64,000 nucleotides of DNA from Isoptericola halotolerans (lineage in GTDB: Bacteria > Actinomycetota > Actinomycetes > Actinomycetales > Cellulomonadaceae), in the NCBI RefSeq assembly GCF_013149785.1, contig NZ_JABEZU010000001.1:1302001-1366000 (forward strand), in the 5' to 3' direction. The position numbers and the translations under genes were made by a program. Below the pieces are notes generated by a model. It saw only the letters and a program-made list of their open reading frames with translations. It made no database searches and was not told the DNA's origin. Below, in pieces: positions 17,443 through 26,729 of the stretch; position 1 is the stretch's first letter, and each line of letters begins with the position of its first letter.

Positions 17443-19016
17443 CCACGGCCTCGCACGACGCGACCCTGCGTGCGCGCACCGAGGATCTCGCCGAGGCGCT
17501 CGCGCTCGCCGGGACCCGGCTCGACCGCGCGACGGCGCAGCGGGTCGAGACCGCCGTCGAGGGGGTGCGCCGCCGGCTCGAGCTCGGGGTGGACCACACC
17601 GTCGTGGCGTTCGCCGGCGGCACCGGGTCGGGCAAGTCCAGCCTGTTCAACAAGATCTCGCGGCTGACGTTCGCGGACGTCGGGGTCAAACGACCGACGA
17701 CGGCGCGGGTCACCTCGTGCTCGTGGTCCGACGGGGCCGAGCCGCTCCTGGACTGGATCGGGGTCGACCGGGAGCGCCGCATCACGCACAGCGAGGATCT
17801 CGAGGGGGACGGAGCCGCAGGGCTCGCGGGCCTGGTGCTGCTGGACCTGCCCGACCACGACTCGGTCGAGCCCGCCCACCGTGAGGTCGTGGACCGGGTG
17901 CTGCCCCTGGTCGACCTGCTCGTCTGGGTCGTCGACCCGCAGAAGTACGCCGACGACGCCCTGCACACCGGTTACCTGCGGGGGCAGGTCGGGTCGGAGT
18001 CCTCCATGGTGCTCGTGCTCAACCAGGTCGACACGGTGCCCGACTCTCAGCGGGAGAACCTCGTCGAGGACCTGGGCCGTCTGCTGGCGGACGACGGTCT
18101 CGCCGGCGTGCACGTCCAGCCGGTCTCCGCGAAGACCGGTGAGGGCATCTCCCGTGTGCGCGAGATCCTGGAGGAGGCGTGCGCCCGTCGATCGGTCGCC
18201 GCGGGGCGTGCTGCGGCCGAGCTGGACGGTGCGGCGGCGGCGCTGCTCGCGCAGACGCCCGCGGACGTCCCGTGGCAGCTGGACGCCGCGGTGGACCGTG
18301 AGCTCGAGCCCGTGGTGGGCGCCACCGGGCTGGACGCGGTCGCGAGCCAGGTCGGTGCTGCCGTGCGCAACGGCTACGGCATGCCCGAGCTCCCGGCGCC
18401 GGACCGGGACACGATCGCCCTGTCGCGGGCACGCTGGCTGACCAGGGCCGGTGCGGCCCTGCGACCGGGGTGGCAGCGGTCGCTGGCCGAGTCGGTGTCC
18501 GGTGCCGACCGCCTCCGTGCTGCGGTGGCCGGTGCCCTCAAGGGCGTCGACCTCGACGTGCGGGGCCCGGCGTCCTCGCGGGCGATGCGTCGTGCCGCGT
18601 GGGCCGCCGCCGCTGCGGGTCTGCTCCTGGTGGTCGTGGGGACGCTCGCGGTGACGGCGGTGCTCGAGGTGCCCGGGCCGTGGGACCAGGTGCTGCTGGT
18701 CGTCGCCGGGCTGCTCCTCGTGACAGCGGTCGTGCTCACGGTCGTGCGGGTGGCGATGCGTCGCCGTCTGGCGCGACGGCGTGCCGCGGAGGTCGCGCGG
18801 CGTGGCCGGGAGGTCGTCCGGGAGGTGCTGGTGCACCAGCTGGGTGAGCCGACGCAACGAGTCCTCGTCGACCACCGACGCGTGCGTGAGCTCGCCCGGT
18901 CGGCCCGCGACCTGCCGTCGTCGCGACCGTTGACCGGGGCTCTGAGGCTTCCCACAGAGGGGACCTCGTCCACAGGTGCGCCCGGCGAGGGCGACAGGGC
19001 CACCGCGTCCACCTGA
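17439..19016 (+). CDS. Dynamin-like GTPase, DynB/YfjP-type with two C-terminal TM helices (pair 1)
   Basis: GGTGSGKSS, RPTT, LLDLPDHDS, WVVDPQKYAD and LNQVD. ATGA-coupled to the upstream gene. Confidence 0.82.
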   Translation: MTTASHDATLRARTEDLAEALALAGTRLDRATAQRVETAVEGVRRRLELGVDHTVVAFAGGTGSGKSSLFNKISRLTFADVGVKRPTTARVTSCSWSDGAEPLLDWIGVDRERRITHSEDLEGDGAAGLAGLVLLDLPDHDSVEPAHREVVDRVLPLVDLLVWVVDPQKYADDALHTGYLRGQVGSESSMVLVLNQVDTVPDSQRENLVEDLGRLLADDGLAGVHVQPVSAKTGEGISRVREILEEACARRSVAAGRAAAELDGAAAALLAQTPADVPWQLDAAVDRELEPVVGATGLDAVASQVGAAVRNGYGMPELPAPDRDTIALSRARWLTRAGAALRPGWQRSLAESVSGADRLRAAVAGALKGVDLDVRGPASSRAMRRAAWAAAAAGLLLVVVGTLAVTAVLEVPGPWDQVLLVVAGLLLVTAVVLTVVRVAMRRRLARRRAAEVARRGREVVREVLVHQLGEPTQRVLVDHRRVRELARSARDLPSSRPLTGALRLPTEGTSSTGAPGEGDRATAST

Positions 19017-19065
19017 GCCTGGGGTCGTGGCCGGCACGGTGCCGGCCCGGACCTCAGGAGGAACC

Positions 19066-19596
19066 ATGAGCGATGCGATCGTCACCGTGACCGGCTACGT
19101 CGGGACCAGCCCCGCCCTGCACCTGTCACCCAACGACGTGCCCTGGACGAGCTTCCGCGTGGCCAGCACCCGCCGGGTCCGGGACCCGCAGAGCGGCGAG
19201 TGGCGCGACGGGCGGACTGCGTGGTTCACCGTCAAGGCCTTCCGCGGCGCGGCGAGGACCGTCAGCGAGTCCCTCGTCCAGGGCCAGCCGGTGGTGCTGA
19301 CCGGCCGGCTGTCCACCGAGGAGTGGACCGACAAGGACGGCCGGGAGCGCACGAGCCTGGTGGTGGACGCCGACGCCGTCGGTCCGGACGCGACGCGCGG
19401 CATGACCCGGTTCACGAGGGTGGTCCACGAACCGGCGACCGGAGGTGCCACGGACACGGTCCGGCGCCCCGACCCGTGGGCCGCCGCCACGACGACGGAC
19501 GACCCCCGGTCCGTCGTCGACGACCTCGTCGAGGACGCCGGTGACGACGTCGGTGGCGACCGAGCGGACGAGGCGCTGACGCCGGTCGCCGGTTGA
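19066..19596 (+). CDS. ssb: Single-stranded DNA-binding protein (second, SsbB-like paralog)
   Basis: OB-fold pattern VTVTGYVG...SFRVAST.R...WFTVKAF...GQPVVLTGRL. Lacks a DDIPF-type tail. AGGAGG RBS. Confidence 0.88.
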   Translation: MSDAIVTVTGYVGTSPALHLSPNDVPWTSFRVASTRRVRDPQSGEWRDGRTAWFTVKAFRGAARTVSESLVQGQPVVLTGRLSTEEWTDKDGRERTSLVVDADAVGPDATRGMTRFTRVVHEPATGGATDTVRRPDPWAAATTTDDPRSVVDDLVEDAGDDVGGDRADEALTPVAG

Positions 19597-19694
19597 GCGG
19601 TGTCGCGTAGGCTGGGGGACCGGTCGCACGCCGTCACTCCCGGCGTGCCGCCGGTCCCACTCCAACAGCGCGATCGAACGGTGGAAACGAGCCA

Positions 19695-21377
19695 GTGGCT
19701 GAGTTCATCTACTCCATGTACAAGGCGCGCAAGGCGCACGGCGACAAGGTCATCCTCGACGACGTGTCGCTGAACTTCTACCCCGGTGCCAAGATCGGCG
19801 TCGTCGGACCCAACGGTGCCGGGAAGTCCACGATCCTCAAGATCATGGCCGGTCTCGACCAGCCGTCGAACGGTGAGGCCAGGCTCTCGCCGGGCTACAC
19901 CGTCGGCATCCTGCAGCAGGAGCCGCCCCTCAACGAGGAGAAGACGGTGCTGGGCAACGTGGAGGAGGCGGTCGGGCCGATCAAGGCCAAGGTCGACCGC
20001 TTCAACGAGATCTCTGCGCTCATGGCCGAGCCCGACGCCGACTTCGACGCGCTGATGGGGGAGATGGGCGAGCTGCAGGAGGCCATCGACGCCGCCGACG
20101 CCTGGGACCTCGACTCCCAGCTCGAGCAGGCGATGGACGCCCTGCGCTGCCCGCCGCCGGACGCCGACGTCACCGTGCTCTCCGGGGGTGAGCGGCGTCG
20201 TGTCGCCCTGTGCAAGCTGCTGCTGGAGAAGCCGGACCTGCTGCTGCTCGACGAGCCGACGAACCACCTGGACGCCGAGTCCGTGCTGTGGTTGGAGCAG
20301 CACCTGGCGACCTACCCGGGCGCCGTGCTCGCCGTCACCCACGACCGCTACTTCCTCGACCACGTCGCCGAGTGGATCTGCGAGGTCGACCGCGGCCGGC
20401 TGTACCCGTACGAGGGCAACTACTCCACGTACCTGGAGAAGAAGCAGGCGCGGCTGGAGGTCCAGGGCAAGAAGGACCAGAAGCTCGCCAAGCGTCTGAA
20501 GGACGAGCTGGAGTGGGTGCGATCCAACGCCAAGGGCCGCCAGACCAAGTCGAAGGCCCGTCTGGCCCGCTACGAGGAGATGGCGGCCGAGGCGGAGCGC
20601 ACCAAGAAGCTCGACTTCGAGGAGATCCAGATCCCCGCCGGTCCCCGGCTCGGTAGCGTGGTGCTGGAGGCGGAAGGGCTGCAGAAGGGCTTCGACGACC
20701 GCCGGCTCATCGACGGACTCTCCTTCACCCTGCCGCGCAACGGCATCGTCGGCGTCATCGGCCCGAACGGCGTCGGCAAGACGACGTTGTTCAAGACCAT
20801 CGTCGGCATGGAGCCGCTGGACGGCGGCGACCTCAAGGTCGGCGAGACCGTCAAGATCTCCTACGTCGACCAGTCCCGCGGGGGCATCGACCCGAAGAAG
20901 TCGCTGTGGGAGGTCGTCTCGGACGGGCTCGACTTCATCCAGGTCGGCAACGTCGAGATCCCCTCGCGCGCCTACGTGGCGTCGTTCGGCTTCAAGGGCG
21001 CCGACCAGCAGAAGGCGGCGGGGGTGCTCTCCGGCGGTGAGCGCAACCGGCTGAACCTCGCGCTGACGCTCAAGCAGGGCGGCAACCTGCTGCTGCTCGA
21101 CGAGCCGACGAACGACCTGGACGTCGAGACGCTCGGCTCCCTGGAGAACGCGCTGCTCGAGTTCCCGGGCTGCGCCGTCGTGGTCTCCCACGACCGGTGG
21201 TTCCTCGACCGCGTCGCGACCCACATCCTCGCCTACGAGGGCACCGAGGAGGACCCGGCGAACTGGTACTGGTTCGAGGGCAACTTCGCCTCCTACGAGG
21301 AGAACAAGGTCGAGCGCCTGGGTGCCGAGGCGGCCCGCCCGCACCGCGTGACCTACCGACGCCTGACGCGCGACTGA
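19695..21377 (+). CDS. ettA: Energy-dependent translational throttle protein EttA (ABC-F)
   Basis: MAEFIYSM..., two ABC domains (GPNGAGKST and GPNGVGKTT, LSGGE twice) and the linker ELEWVRSNAKGRQTKSKARL. Confidence 0.96.
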   Translation: MAEFIYSMYKARKAHGDKVILDDVSLNFYPGAKIGVVGPNGAGKSTILKIMAGLDQPSNGEARLSPGYTVGILQQEPPLNEEKTVLGNVEEAVGPIKAKVDRFNEISALMAEPDADFDALMGEMGELQEAIDAADAWDLDSQLEQAMDALRCPPPDADVTVLSGGERRRVALCKLLLEKPDLLLLDEPTNHLDAESVLWLEQHLATYPGAVLAVTHDRYFLDHVAEWICEVDRGRLYPYEGNYSTYLEKKQARLEVQGKKDQKLAKRLKDELEWVRSNAKGRQTKSKARLARYEEMAAEAERTKKLDFEEIQIPAGPRLGSVVLEAEGLQKGFDDRRLIDGLSFTLPRNGIVGVIGPNGVGKTTLFKTIVGMEPLDGGDLKVGETVKISYVDQSRGGIDPKKSLWEVVSDGLDFIQVGNVEIPSRAYVASFGFKGADQQKAAGVLSGGERNRLNLALTLKQGGNLLLLDEPTNDLDVETLGSLENALLEFPGCAVVVSHDRWFLDRVATHILAYEGTEEDPANWYWFEGNFASYEENKVERLGAEAARPHRVTYRRLTRD

Positions 21378-21384
21378 CCGCTGC

Positions 21385-21414
21385 TCCCGGAGGGCTCGAT
21401 GGAGCCCTCCGGGA
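21385..21414 (+). terminator. Hairpin after ettA
   Basis: 13-bp stem TCCCGGAGGGCTC / GAGCCCTCCGGGA with a 4-nt loop. Confidence 0.65.
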
Positions 21415-21479
21415 CTGGCGAGCAGGTCGCGGTGGTCGTACGTTGCCCAGGAGAAGTCCACTCTCCGAGGTGACTCGCC

Positions 21480-22307
21480 ATGCCGGTCGATCGCACGTCG
21501 CAGGAGCAGGGCCGTCGCGTGTGGGCGGCCGGGGACTGGGACGAGGTCGCGGGCTACGTCCAGGGGATCGGTCCGCGGCTGCTCGACGCGTTGGACATCA
21601 CCCCGGGCATGACGCTGCTCGACATCGCCGCCGGCAGCGGGAGCTCGGTGGCCATCCCAGCGGCACTGCGAGGCGCCGACGTCGTCGCGTCCGACCTGGT
21701 CGCCCAGCACTTCGAGGCCGGCCGGCGCCGTGCCCGTCGTGCCGGTGCGGACCTGGAGTGGGTGGAGGCGGATGCGCTCGACCTGCCCTTCGCCGACGGC
21801 GCCTTCGACCGGGTCGCCTCAGCGATCGGTCACATGTTTGCGCCGGACCACGCGCTCGCGGCCTCCGAAGCGGCGCGTGTCTGCCGTCCCGGTGGGTTCC
21901 TCGGGTTCGCCTGCTGGACACCTGAGGGTGTGATCGGGCAGATGTTCCGCGCGACGAGCGCCTACCTCCCCCCGCCGCCGGCCGGTTCCACGCCGCCTCC
22001 GCTCTGGGGCGACGAGCGCCATGTACGTGATCTCCTCGAACCGCTCGGTCTCGAGGTGCGCTGCGAGCGGTTGGTCAACGTCTTCGTCGACGACAGCATC
22101 GAGGCCTACCACCAGGGGACCGAGAAGCACTTCGGTCCCCTGGTGGCTGCGCGGGAGACGCTCGACGCCGACTCCTGGGACGCGTTGCGGACGGACCTGG
22201 ACAGGATCTTCCGGGACGCCAACCTCGCGACCGACGGCACCATGCGGTTCGAGGGCGAGTACCTCCAGATCATCGCCCACAAGCCGGACTCTTCTCGGGG
22301 GACGTGA
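21480..22307 (+). CDS. Class I SAM-dependent methyltransferase
   Basis: LLDIAAGSG, EADALDLPFADGAFD and RVCRPGG motifs. Confidence 0.9.
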   Translation: MPVDRTSQEQGRRVWAAGDWDEVAGYVQGIGPRLLDALDITPGMTLLDIAAGSGSSVAIPAALRGADVVASDLVAQHFEAGRRRARRAGADLEWVEADALDLPFADGAFDRVASAIGHMFAPDHALAASEAARVCRPGGFLGFACWTPEGVIGQMFRATSAYLPPPPAGSTPPPLWGDERHVRDLLEPLGLEVRCERLVNVFVDDSIEAYHQGTEKHFGPLVAARETLDADSWDALRTDLDRIFRDANLATDGTMRFEGEYLQIIAHKPDSSRGT

Positions 22308-22373
22308 CGTCATCGGGACCACGACGGCGCGGTGGTCCCGGTGCGGAACGTCCGTTGTGTGCAGACTGGGTCC

Positions 22374-24377
22374 ATGAGCGACAGCGGTCCCGTCTCGGCG
22401 AACTCAGCGCTGACTCCTGACAGCACCACGGCGGACCTGCTCGATGCCCTGGACACCCTCCGTGCGCGGCTCGGCGCCCTGCGCCTCCCCCTGGAGACGC
22501 CGGGCGTGCACGCCGCCCGCTCGGACCTGGCCCGCGCCACCGATCAGCTCGACGACTACCTGCTGCCGCGTCTGCGCGCCGAGCGTGCGCCGCTGCTCGT
22601 CGTGGTCGGAGGTTCCACCGGTGCCGGCAAGTCCACGCTCGTCAACTCCCTGCTCGGCGAGCAGGTGACGGCCCCCGGCGTGCTCAGGCCCACGACGCGC
22701 GCGCCGGTCCTCGTTCATCACCCGCTCGACGCGCGGTGGTTCACCGGGGACCGTGTGCTGCCGGGCCTGCCGCGGACCTCGCAGCACACCGACCGGCCCC
22801 GCGAGGACCGGTCGGTCGGGCGGGCGCTGCGACTGGTGGCCAGCGCCAACCTGCCGCAGGGGATGGCGCTCCTGGACGCCCCCGACGTCGACTCGCTCGA
22901 GCAGGCCAACCGGGACCTCGCGGCGCAGCTGCTCGGTGCGGCCGACCTGTGGGTGTTCGTCACCACGGCCGCCCGGTACGCCGACGCCGTGCCCTGGGAG
23001 CTGCTCGTGACGGCCGCCGCGCGGCGCGCGCAGGTCGCCCTGGTCCTCGACCGTGTGGACCCCGGGGCGGAGGAGGTCGCCGCGGACCTGCGCCGGCTCA
23101 TGGTCGAGCACGGCCTCGGTGAGGCGGCGATGTTCGTGGTGCCCGAGTCGGGCACGGCCGGCGCGGAGGCGTGGACCGACGGTCTGCTCCCGGAGCAGTC
23201 GATCGGCGAGCTCGCGACCTGGCTGTCCGGCCTCGGTGGCGACCCCGAGGCCCGCGCCCGGGTGATCGCCTCGACGCGCGACGGCGTCGTCGACGATCTC
23301 GTGCGGCGCGCCACCGAGCTCGCCCAGGAGTCCGACACCCAGCACGCGACCGACGCGAGGTTGCGCGACGCTGTCGAGCGTCACCACGCCGAGGCGTCGC
23401 GCCAGGCGCAGGAGGCCACGTCGGACGGAGCGCTGCTGCGTGGCGAGGTCCTCGCGCGCTGGCAGGACTTCATCGGCACCGGCGAGTTCTTCCGGGCGCT
23501 GGAGGTCCGGGCGGGGAAGGTGCGCGACGCCGTCGGACGGGTCGTCCGTGGTCGTCCGAAGGAGGCGCCACAGGTGGAGCAGGCGATCGCTCACGGCCTG
23601 GAGTCGGTCATCCTCGACGCGGCCGAGCAGGCCGCCGAGCGCACCTACGCCGCCTGGCGCTCCGACGCTGCGGGGGCCGCGCTGCTGGACGGTCTGGAGC
23701 TGAGCCGCACCGCGCCCGGCCTGCGCGCCGAGGTCTCCGCGACCATCCGCGCCTGGCAGGGTGACGTGCTCGAGCTGGTCCGGGAGCAGGGGCAGAGCCG
23801 TCGAGGGACCGCCCGGGCGCTGTCGTTCGGGATCAACGCGCTCGGGGTGAGCCTGATGGTGGTGGTCTTCGCCTCGACGGCGGGCCTCACTGGCCTGGAG
23901 ATCGGCATCGCGGGGGGCACGGCGGTGGTGGCGCAGAAGCTGCTCGAGGCCGTGTTCGGAGACGACGCGGTACGCCGCCTCGCGGCACAGGCGAAGGAGC
24001 GCCTCGTCGCCCGGATCGACACCGTGCTGCGTGGTCAGGCCGCGCGCTACACCGCCCAGCTCGACGCCCTGGGCACGGACGACGTGCCGGGGGACCGGCT
24101 CCGCGACGCCGCGCGGGCCGTCGCCGAGGCCGCCCGCCGCGAGCGCGGGACACGGTCGCGGGTCGACGACGGTCTCACCCGGCCGTGGAGCGGCGGGCTG
24201 CTGCGCGGAGCCGGGACCTTCCGTCCGGCCACGGGGCCGGACGGCGTGCCGGTGGTGCCGGGGATGGCGGGACGTGCCGGCGCGGCGCGCGCCGAGGAAG
24301 CGGCCGACGGCGGCGACGCCACGCGCGGGGGACGCCGGCCGTTCTGGCGGCGATGGAGACGGAAGGACCAGCCATGA
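22374..24377 (+). CDS. Dynamin-like GTPase, DynA-type (pair 2)
   Basis: GGSTGAGKST, RPTTR, LLDAPDVDS and ADLWVFVTTAARYAD, plus a hydrophobic segment GINALGVSLMVVVFAST. Confidence 0.85.
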   Translation: MSDSGPVSANSALTPDSTTADLLDALDTLRARLGALRLPLETPGVHAARSDLARATDQLDDYLLPRLRAERAPLLVVVGGSTGAGKSTLVNSLLGEQVTAPGVLRPTTRAPVLVHHPLDARWFTGDRVLPGLPRTSQHTDRPREDRSVGRALRLVASANLPQGMALLDAPDVDSLEQANRDLAAQLLGAADLWVFVTTAARYADAVPWELLVTAAARRAQVALVLDRVDPGAEEVAADLRRLMVEHGLGEAAMFVVPESGTAGAEAWTDGLLPEQSIGELATWLSGLGGDPEARARVIASTRDGVVDDLVRRATELAQESDTQHATDARLRDAVERHHAEASRQAQEATSDGALLRGEVLARWQDFIGTGEFFRALEVRAGKVRDAVGRVVRGRPKEAPQVEQAIAHGLESVILDAAEQAAERTYAAWRSDAAGAALLDGLELSRTAPGLRAEVSATIRAWQGDVLELVREQGQSRRGTARALSFGINALGVSLMVVVFASTAGLTGLEIGIAGGTAVVAQKLLEAVFGDDAVRRLAAQAKERLVARIDTVLRGQAARYTAQLDALGTDDVPGDRLRDAARAVAEAARRERGTRSRVDDGLTRPWSGGLLRGAGTFRPATGPDGVPVVPGMAGRAGAARAEEAADGGDATRGGRRPFWRRWRRKDQP

Positions 24378-26053
24378 CGCCGGACCTGGCCACGAGGACC
24401 AGCGCCCTTGACCAGGCCGTCGCAGCGGGCGCGGGCCGGTTGGCCCCGGAGGTCGTGGACGAGGCGCGGGCCGTCGTCGAGCGCGCCCGCGAGCGGGGCG
24501 GTCTCAGCGCCGAGCACACGGTCGTGGCGCTCGCCGGTGCGACCGGGTCGGGCAAGTCCAGCGTGCTCAACGTGGTCGCCGGGGCCGAGCTGGCCGAGCC
24601 CGGGCTGCAGCGGCCCACCACCTCGCACGCGCTGGCCGCGGTGTGGGGTGACGGCGCCGACGACCTGCTGGACTGGCTGGAGGTGCCGCGTCGCCACGAG
24701 ATGGAACCGGAGGCCGAGGACCCGGGGCGCCCGGCCGGTCTCCTGCGGCGTGCCCGTCCGCCGGCCGGCATCTCGACCGGTCTGGTGCTCCTCGACCTGC
24801 CGGACCACGACTCCGTGGTGGTCGAGCACCGGGTGCGCGCCGAGCGGCTCGTGGAGCGCGCGGACCTGCTCGTGTGGGTGGTCGACCCGCAGAAGTACGC
24901 CGACGCGGCGTTGCACGAGCGGTACCTGCGCCCGCTCGCCGGCCGTTCCGACGTCGTCGTCGTGGCGCTCAACCAGGTCGACCGGCTCTCGTCCGACGCC
25001 ACGGACACGATCCTGGCGGACCTGCGTCGGCTCGTGGCCGCCGACGGGCTCGACGGGGCGCGCGTGCTGGCGGTCTCGGCGCGGACCGGTCAGGGCGTGG
25101 ACCGGCTGCGCGGGTTGCTCGCGGACGCGGCCCGACGGCGGGAGGCGGCGACCGCGCGGCTGGTGGGGGACACCCGCGCTGCGGCCCGCGCGGTGGTGGC
25201 CGAGTGCGGCCAGGCACCACCGGCGCGAGCCGCAGACCGGGCGCTGACGCCGCTGGTCGGCGCGTTGGAGGACGCGGCGGGCGTCACGACCGTGGTGGAC
25301 GCGGTGCGGCGAGCAGCCCGTCGGGACGCCCACCTGGCGACCGGATGGCCGGTGACCCGCTGGGTCACGCGCGCCCGCAAGGACCCCCTGCGGCGCCTGG
25401 GTCTGCGCGGCGACCAGGTGCGCGTGCCGGTCGACAGGCCGGACCTGGTGCGCACGTCGTCGCCGGAGGCGAGACCTGCCGTCCGCGCCGCCGCCGCGAC
25501 GGCGGTGCGCACCTACGTCGACCGGGTCACCGAGGGCGCTCCGGACGCCTGGGTGCTGGCGGCGCGCGAGCGCGGCACGGAGGCCGTGGACCGGCTGCCC
25601 GACACGTTGGACCAGGCGGTCGCCTCGACGCGGCTGGAGCAGGAGCGGCGCCCCCTGTGGTGGCGCGCCGTCGGCGCGTTGCAGTGGCTCCTGCTCGCCG
25701 CGGCCGTCGTGGGACTGGTGTGGCTCGGTGTCGCGGCCGTGGTGCGGTACTTCCAGCTCCCCGAGCTGCTCATGCCGGTGCTGACCGTCGACCTCACCCG
25801 GTGGGGAGGAGGTGCCCTCGACGTGCCGTGGGCGACCCTCCTCGCGATCGGGGGCCTGCTCGGCGGCCTGCTCCTCGCGCTCGTCGCCCGCCCGCTCGCG
25901 GCACTGGGTGCACGACGGCGGGCGGCGCGGGTCCGTCGCCGTCTGCGCGCGTCGGTCGAGGCGGTGGCGCACGAGCAGGTCCACGAGCCGGTGGCCGGGG
26001 AGATGGCGGCGCTGGCGACCTGCCGGGAGGCGGCGACCGTCGCGGCGACGTGA
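24374..26053 (+). CDS. Dynamin-like GTPase, DynB/YfjP-type with C-terminal TM helices (pair 2)
   Basis: GATGSGKSS, RPTT, LLDLPDHDS, WVVDPQKYAD, LNQVD and TGWP. ATGA-coupled to the upstream gene. Confidence 0.85.
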   Translation: MTPDLATRTSALDQAVAAGAGRLAPEVVDEARAVVERARERGGLSAEHTVVALAGATGSGKSSVLNVVAGAELAEPGLQRPTTSHALAAVWGDGADDLLDWLEVPRRHEMEPEAEDPGRPAGLLRRARPPAGISTGLVLLDLPDHDSVVVEHRVRAERLVERADLLVWVVDPQKYADAALHERYLRPLAGRSDVVVVALNQVDRLSSDATDTILADLRRLVAADGLDGARVLAVSARTGQGVDRLRGLLADAARRREAATARLVGDTRAAARAVVAECGQAPPARAADRALTPLVGALEDAAGVTTVVDAVRRAARRDAHLATGWPVTRWVTRARKDPLRRLGLRGDQVRVPVDRPDLVRTSSPEARPAVRAAAATAVRTYVDRVTEGAPDAWVLAARERGTEAVDRLPDTLDQAVASTRLEQERRPLWWRAVGALQWLLLAAAVVGLVWLGVAAVVRYFQLPELLMPVLTVDLTRWGGGALDVPWATLLAIGGLLGGLLLALVARPLAALGARRRAARVRRRLRASVEAVAHEQVHEPVAGEMAALATCREAATVAAT

Positions 26054-26123
26054 TCCGACGGCCGGGGTGGGGGTGCTGGGGTGCGCTGGCGGTCGTGACC
26101 GGTCGCCGTGCGACGATGCGGTC

Positions 26124-26621
26124 ATGACTCGACTGCACGTCCCGGTCTCGCTGCGCTGGTCGGATCTCGACGCCTACCAGCACGTCAACAACGTCGCGAT
26201 GTTCCGCCTGCTGGAGGACGCTCGCATCACCGCGTTCTGGCGCCATCCGGAGGCGGAGGACCCGTGGCCGACGGCGATCCTCGACACCGGCCCGCACGCC
26301 ACGTCGCACACCCTGGTCGCCGGCCAGCAGATCGAGTACCTGCGCCCGCTGGGTTTCTCGCGCGACCCGGTACGGGTCGAGATGTGGATCGGCGCGATCG
26401 GCGGTGCGTCGCTCGAGGTCTGCTACGAGGTGCACGACGGCGCGCCGGGCGGCTTCGCGCGGACGGGCCCGGCCTCCGGGCTGGACCCGTACACCCGAGC
26501 GGTGACGACGATCGTGGTGCTCGACGCCGCCGCGAACCGCCCGCGTCGCCTGTCCGCGCGCGAGCGCGAGGTGTTCACGGAGTTCGCCGGCGAGCCGATC
26601 GCCTTCCGGCGTCGTCGCTGA
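26124..26621 (+). CDS. Acyl-CoA thioesterase (4HBT/YbgC hot-dog family)
   Basis: LRWSDLDAYQHVNNVAMFRLLEDAR. Confidence 0.9.
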   Translation: MTRLHVPVSLRWSDLDAYQHVNNVAMFRLLEDARITAFWRHPEAEDPWPTAILDTGPHATSHTLVAGQQIEYLRPLGFSRDPVRVEMWIGAIGGASLEVCYEVHDGAPGGFARTGPASGLDPYTRAVTTIVVLDAAANRPRRLSAREREVFTEFAGEPIAFRRRR

Positions 26622-26645
26622 CGCTCGACGCTCGTCCGACCGAGC

Positions 26646-26718
26646 GTTGTGGGCGCGATCTCTGGGCCGCGAGGTCCGGCAGAGCCGGACGAATCGGGCC
26701 AGAGATCGCGCCCACAAC
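26646..26718. repeat. 73-bp palindromic REP/MITE-like element, copy A
   Basis: Arms GTTGTGGGCGCGATCTCTGG / CCAGAGATCGCGCCCACAAC with an inner hairpin GTCCGGC-AGA-GCCGGAC. Confidence 0.8.
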
Positions 26719-26729
26719 CTCGGGGTGGG

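Noticed and set aside
16344..19085. Very long alternative ORFs (e.g. 16344-19085 -, 26649-29564 +, 31737-34766 -, 34660-37476 -, 37609-40401 -, 53827-56658 -)
   Set aside because: They are shadow frames overlapping well-supported genes. Their R/G/P/A-rich, motif-free translations are expected from the scarcity of stop codons at this GC content.
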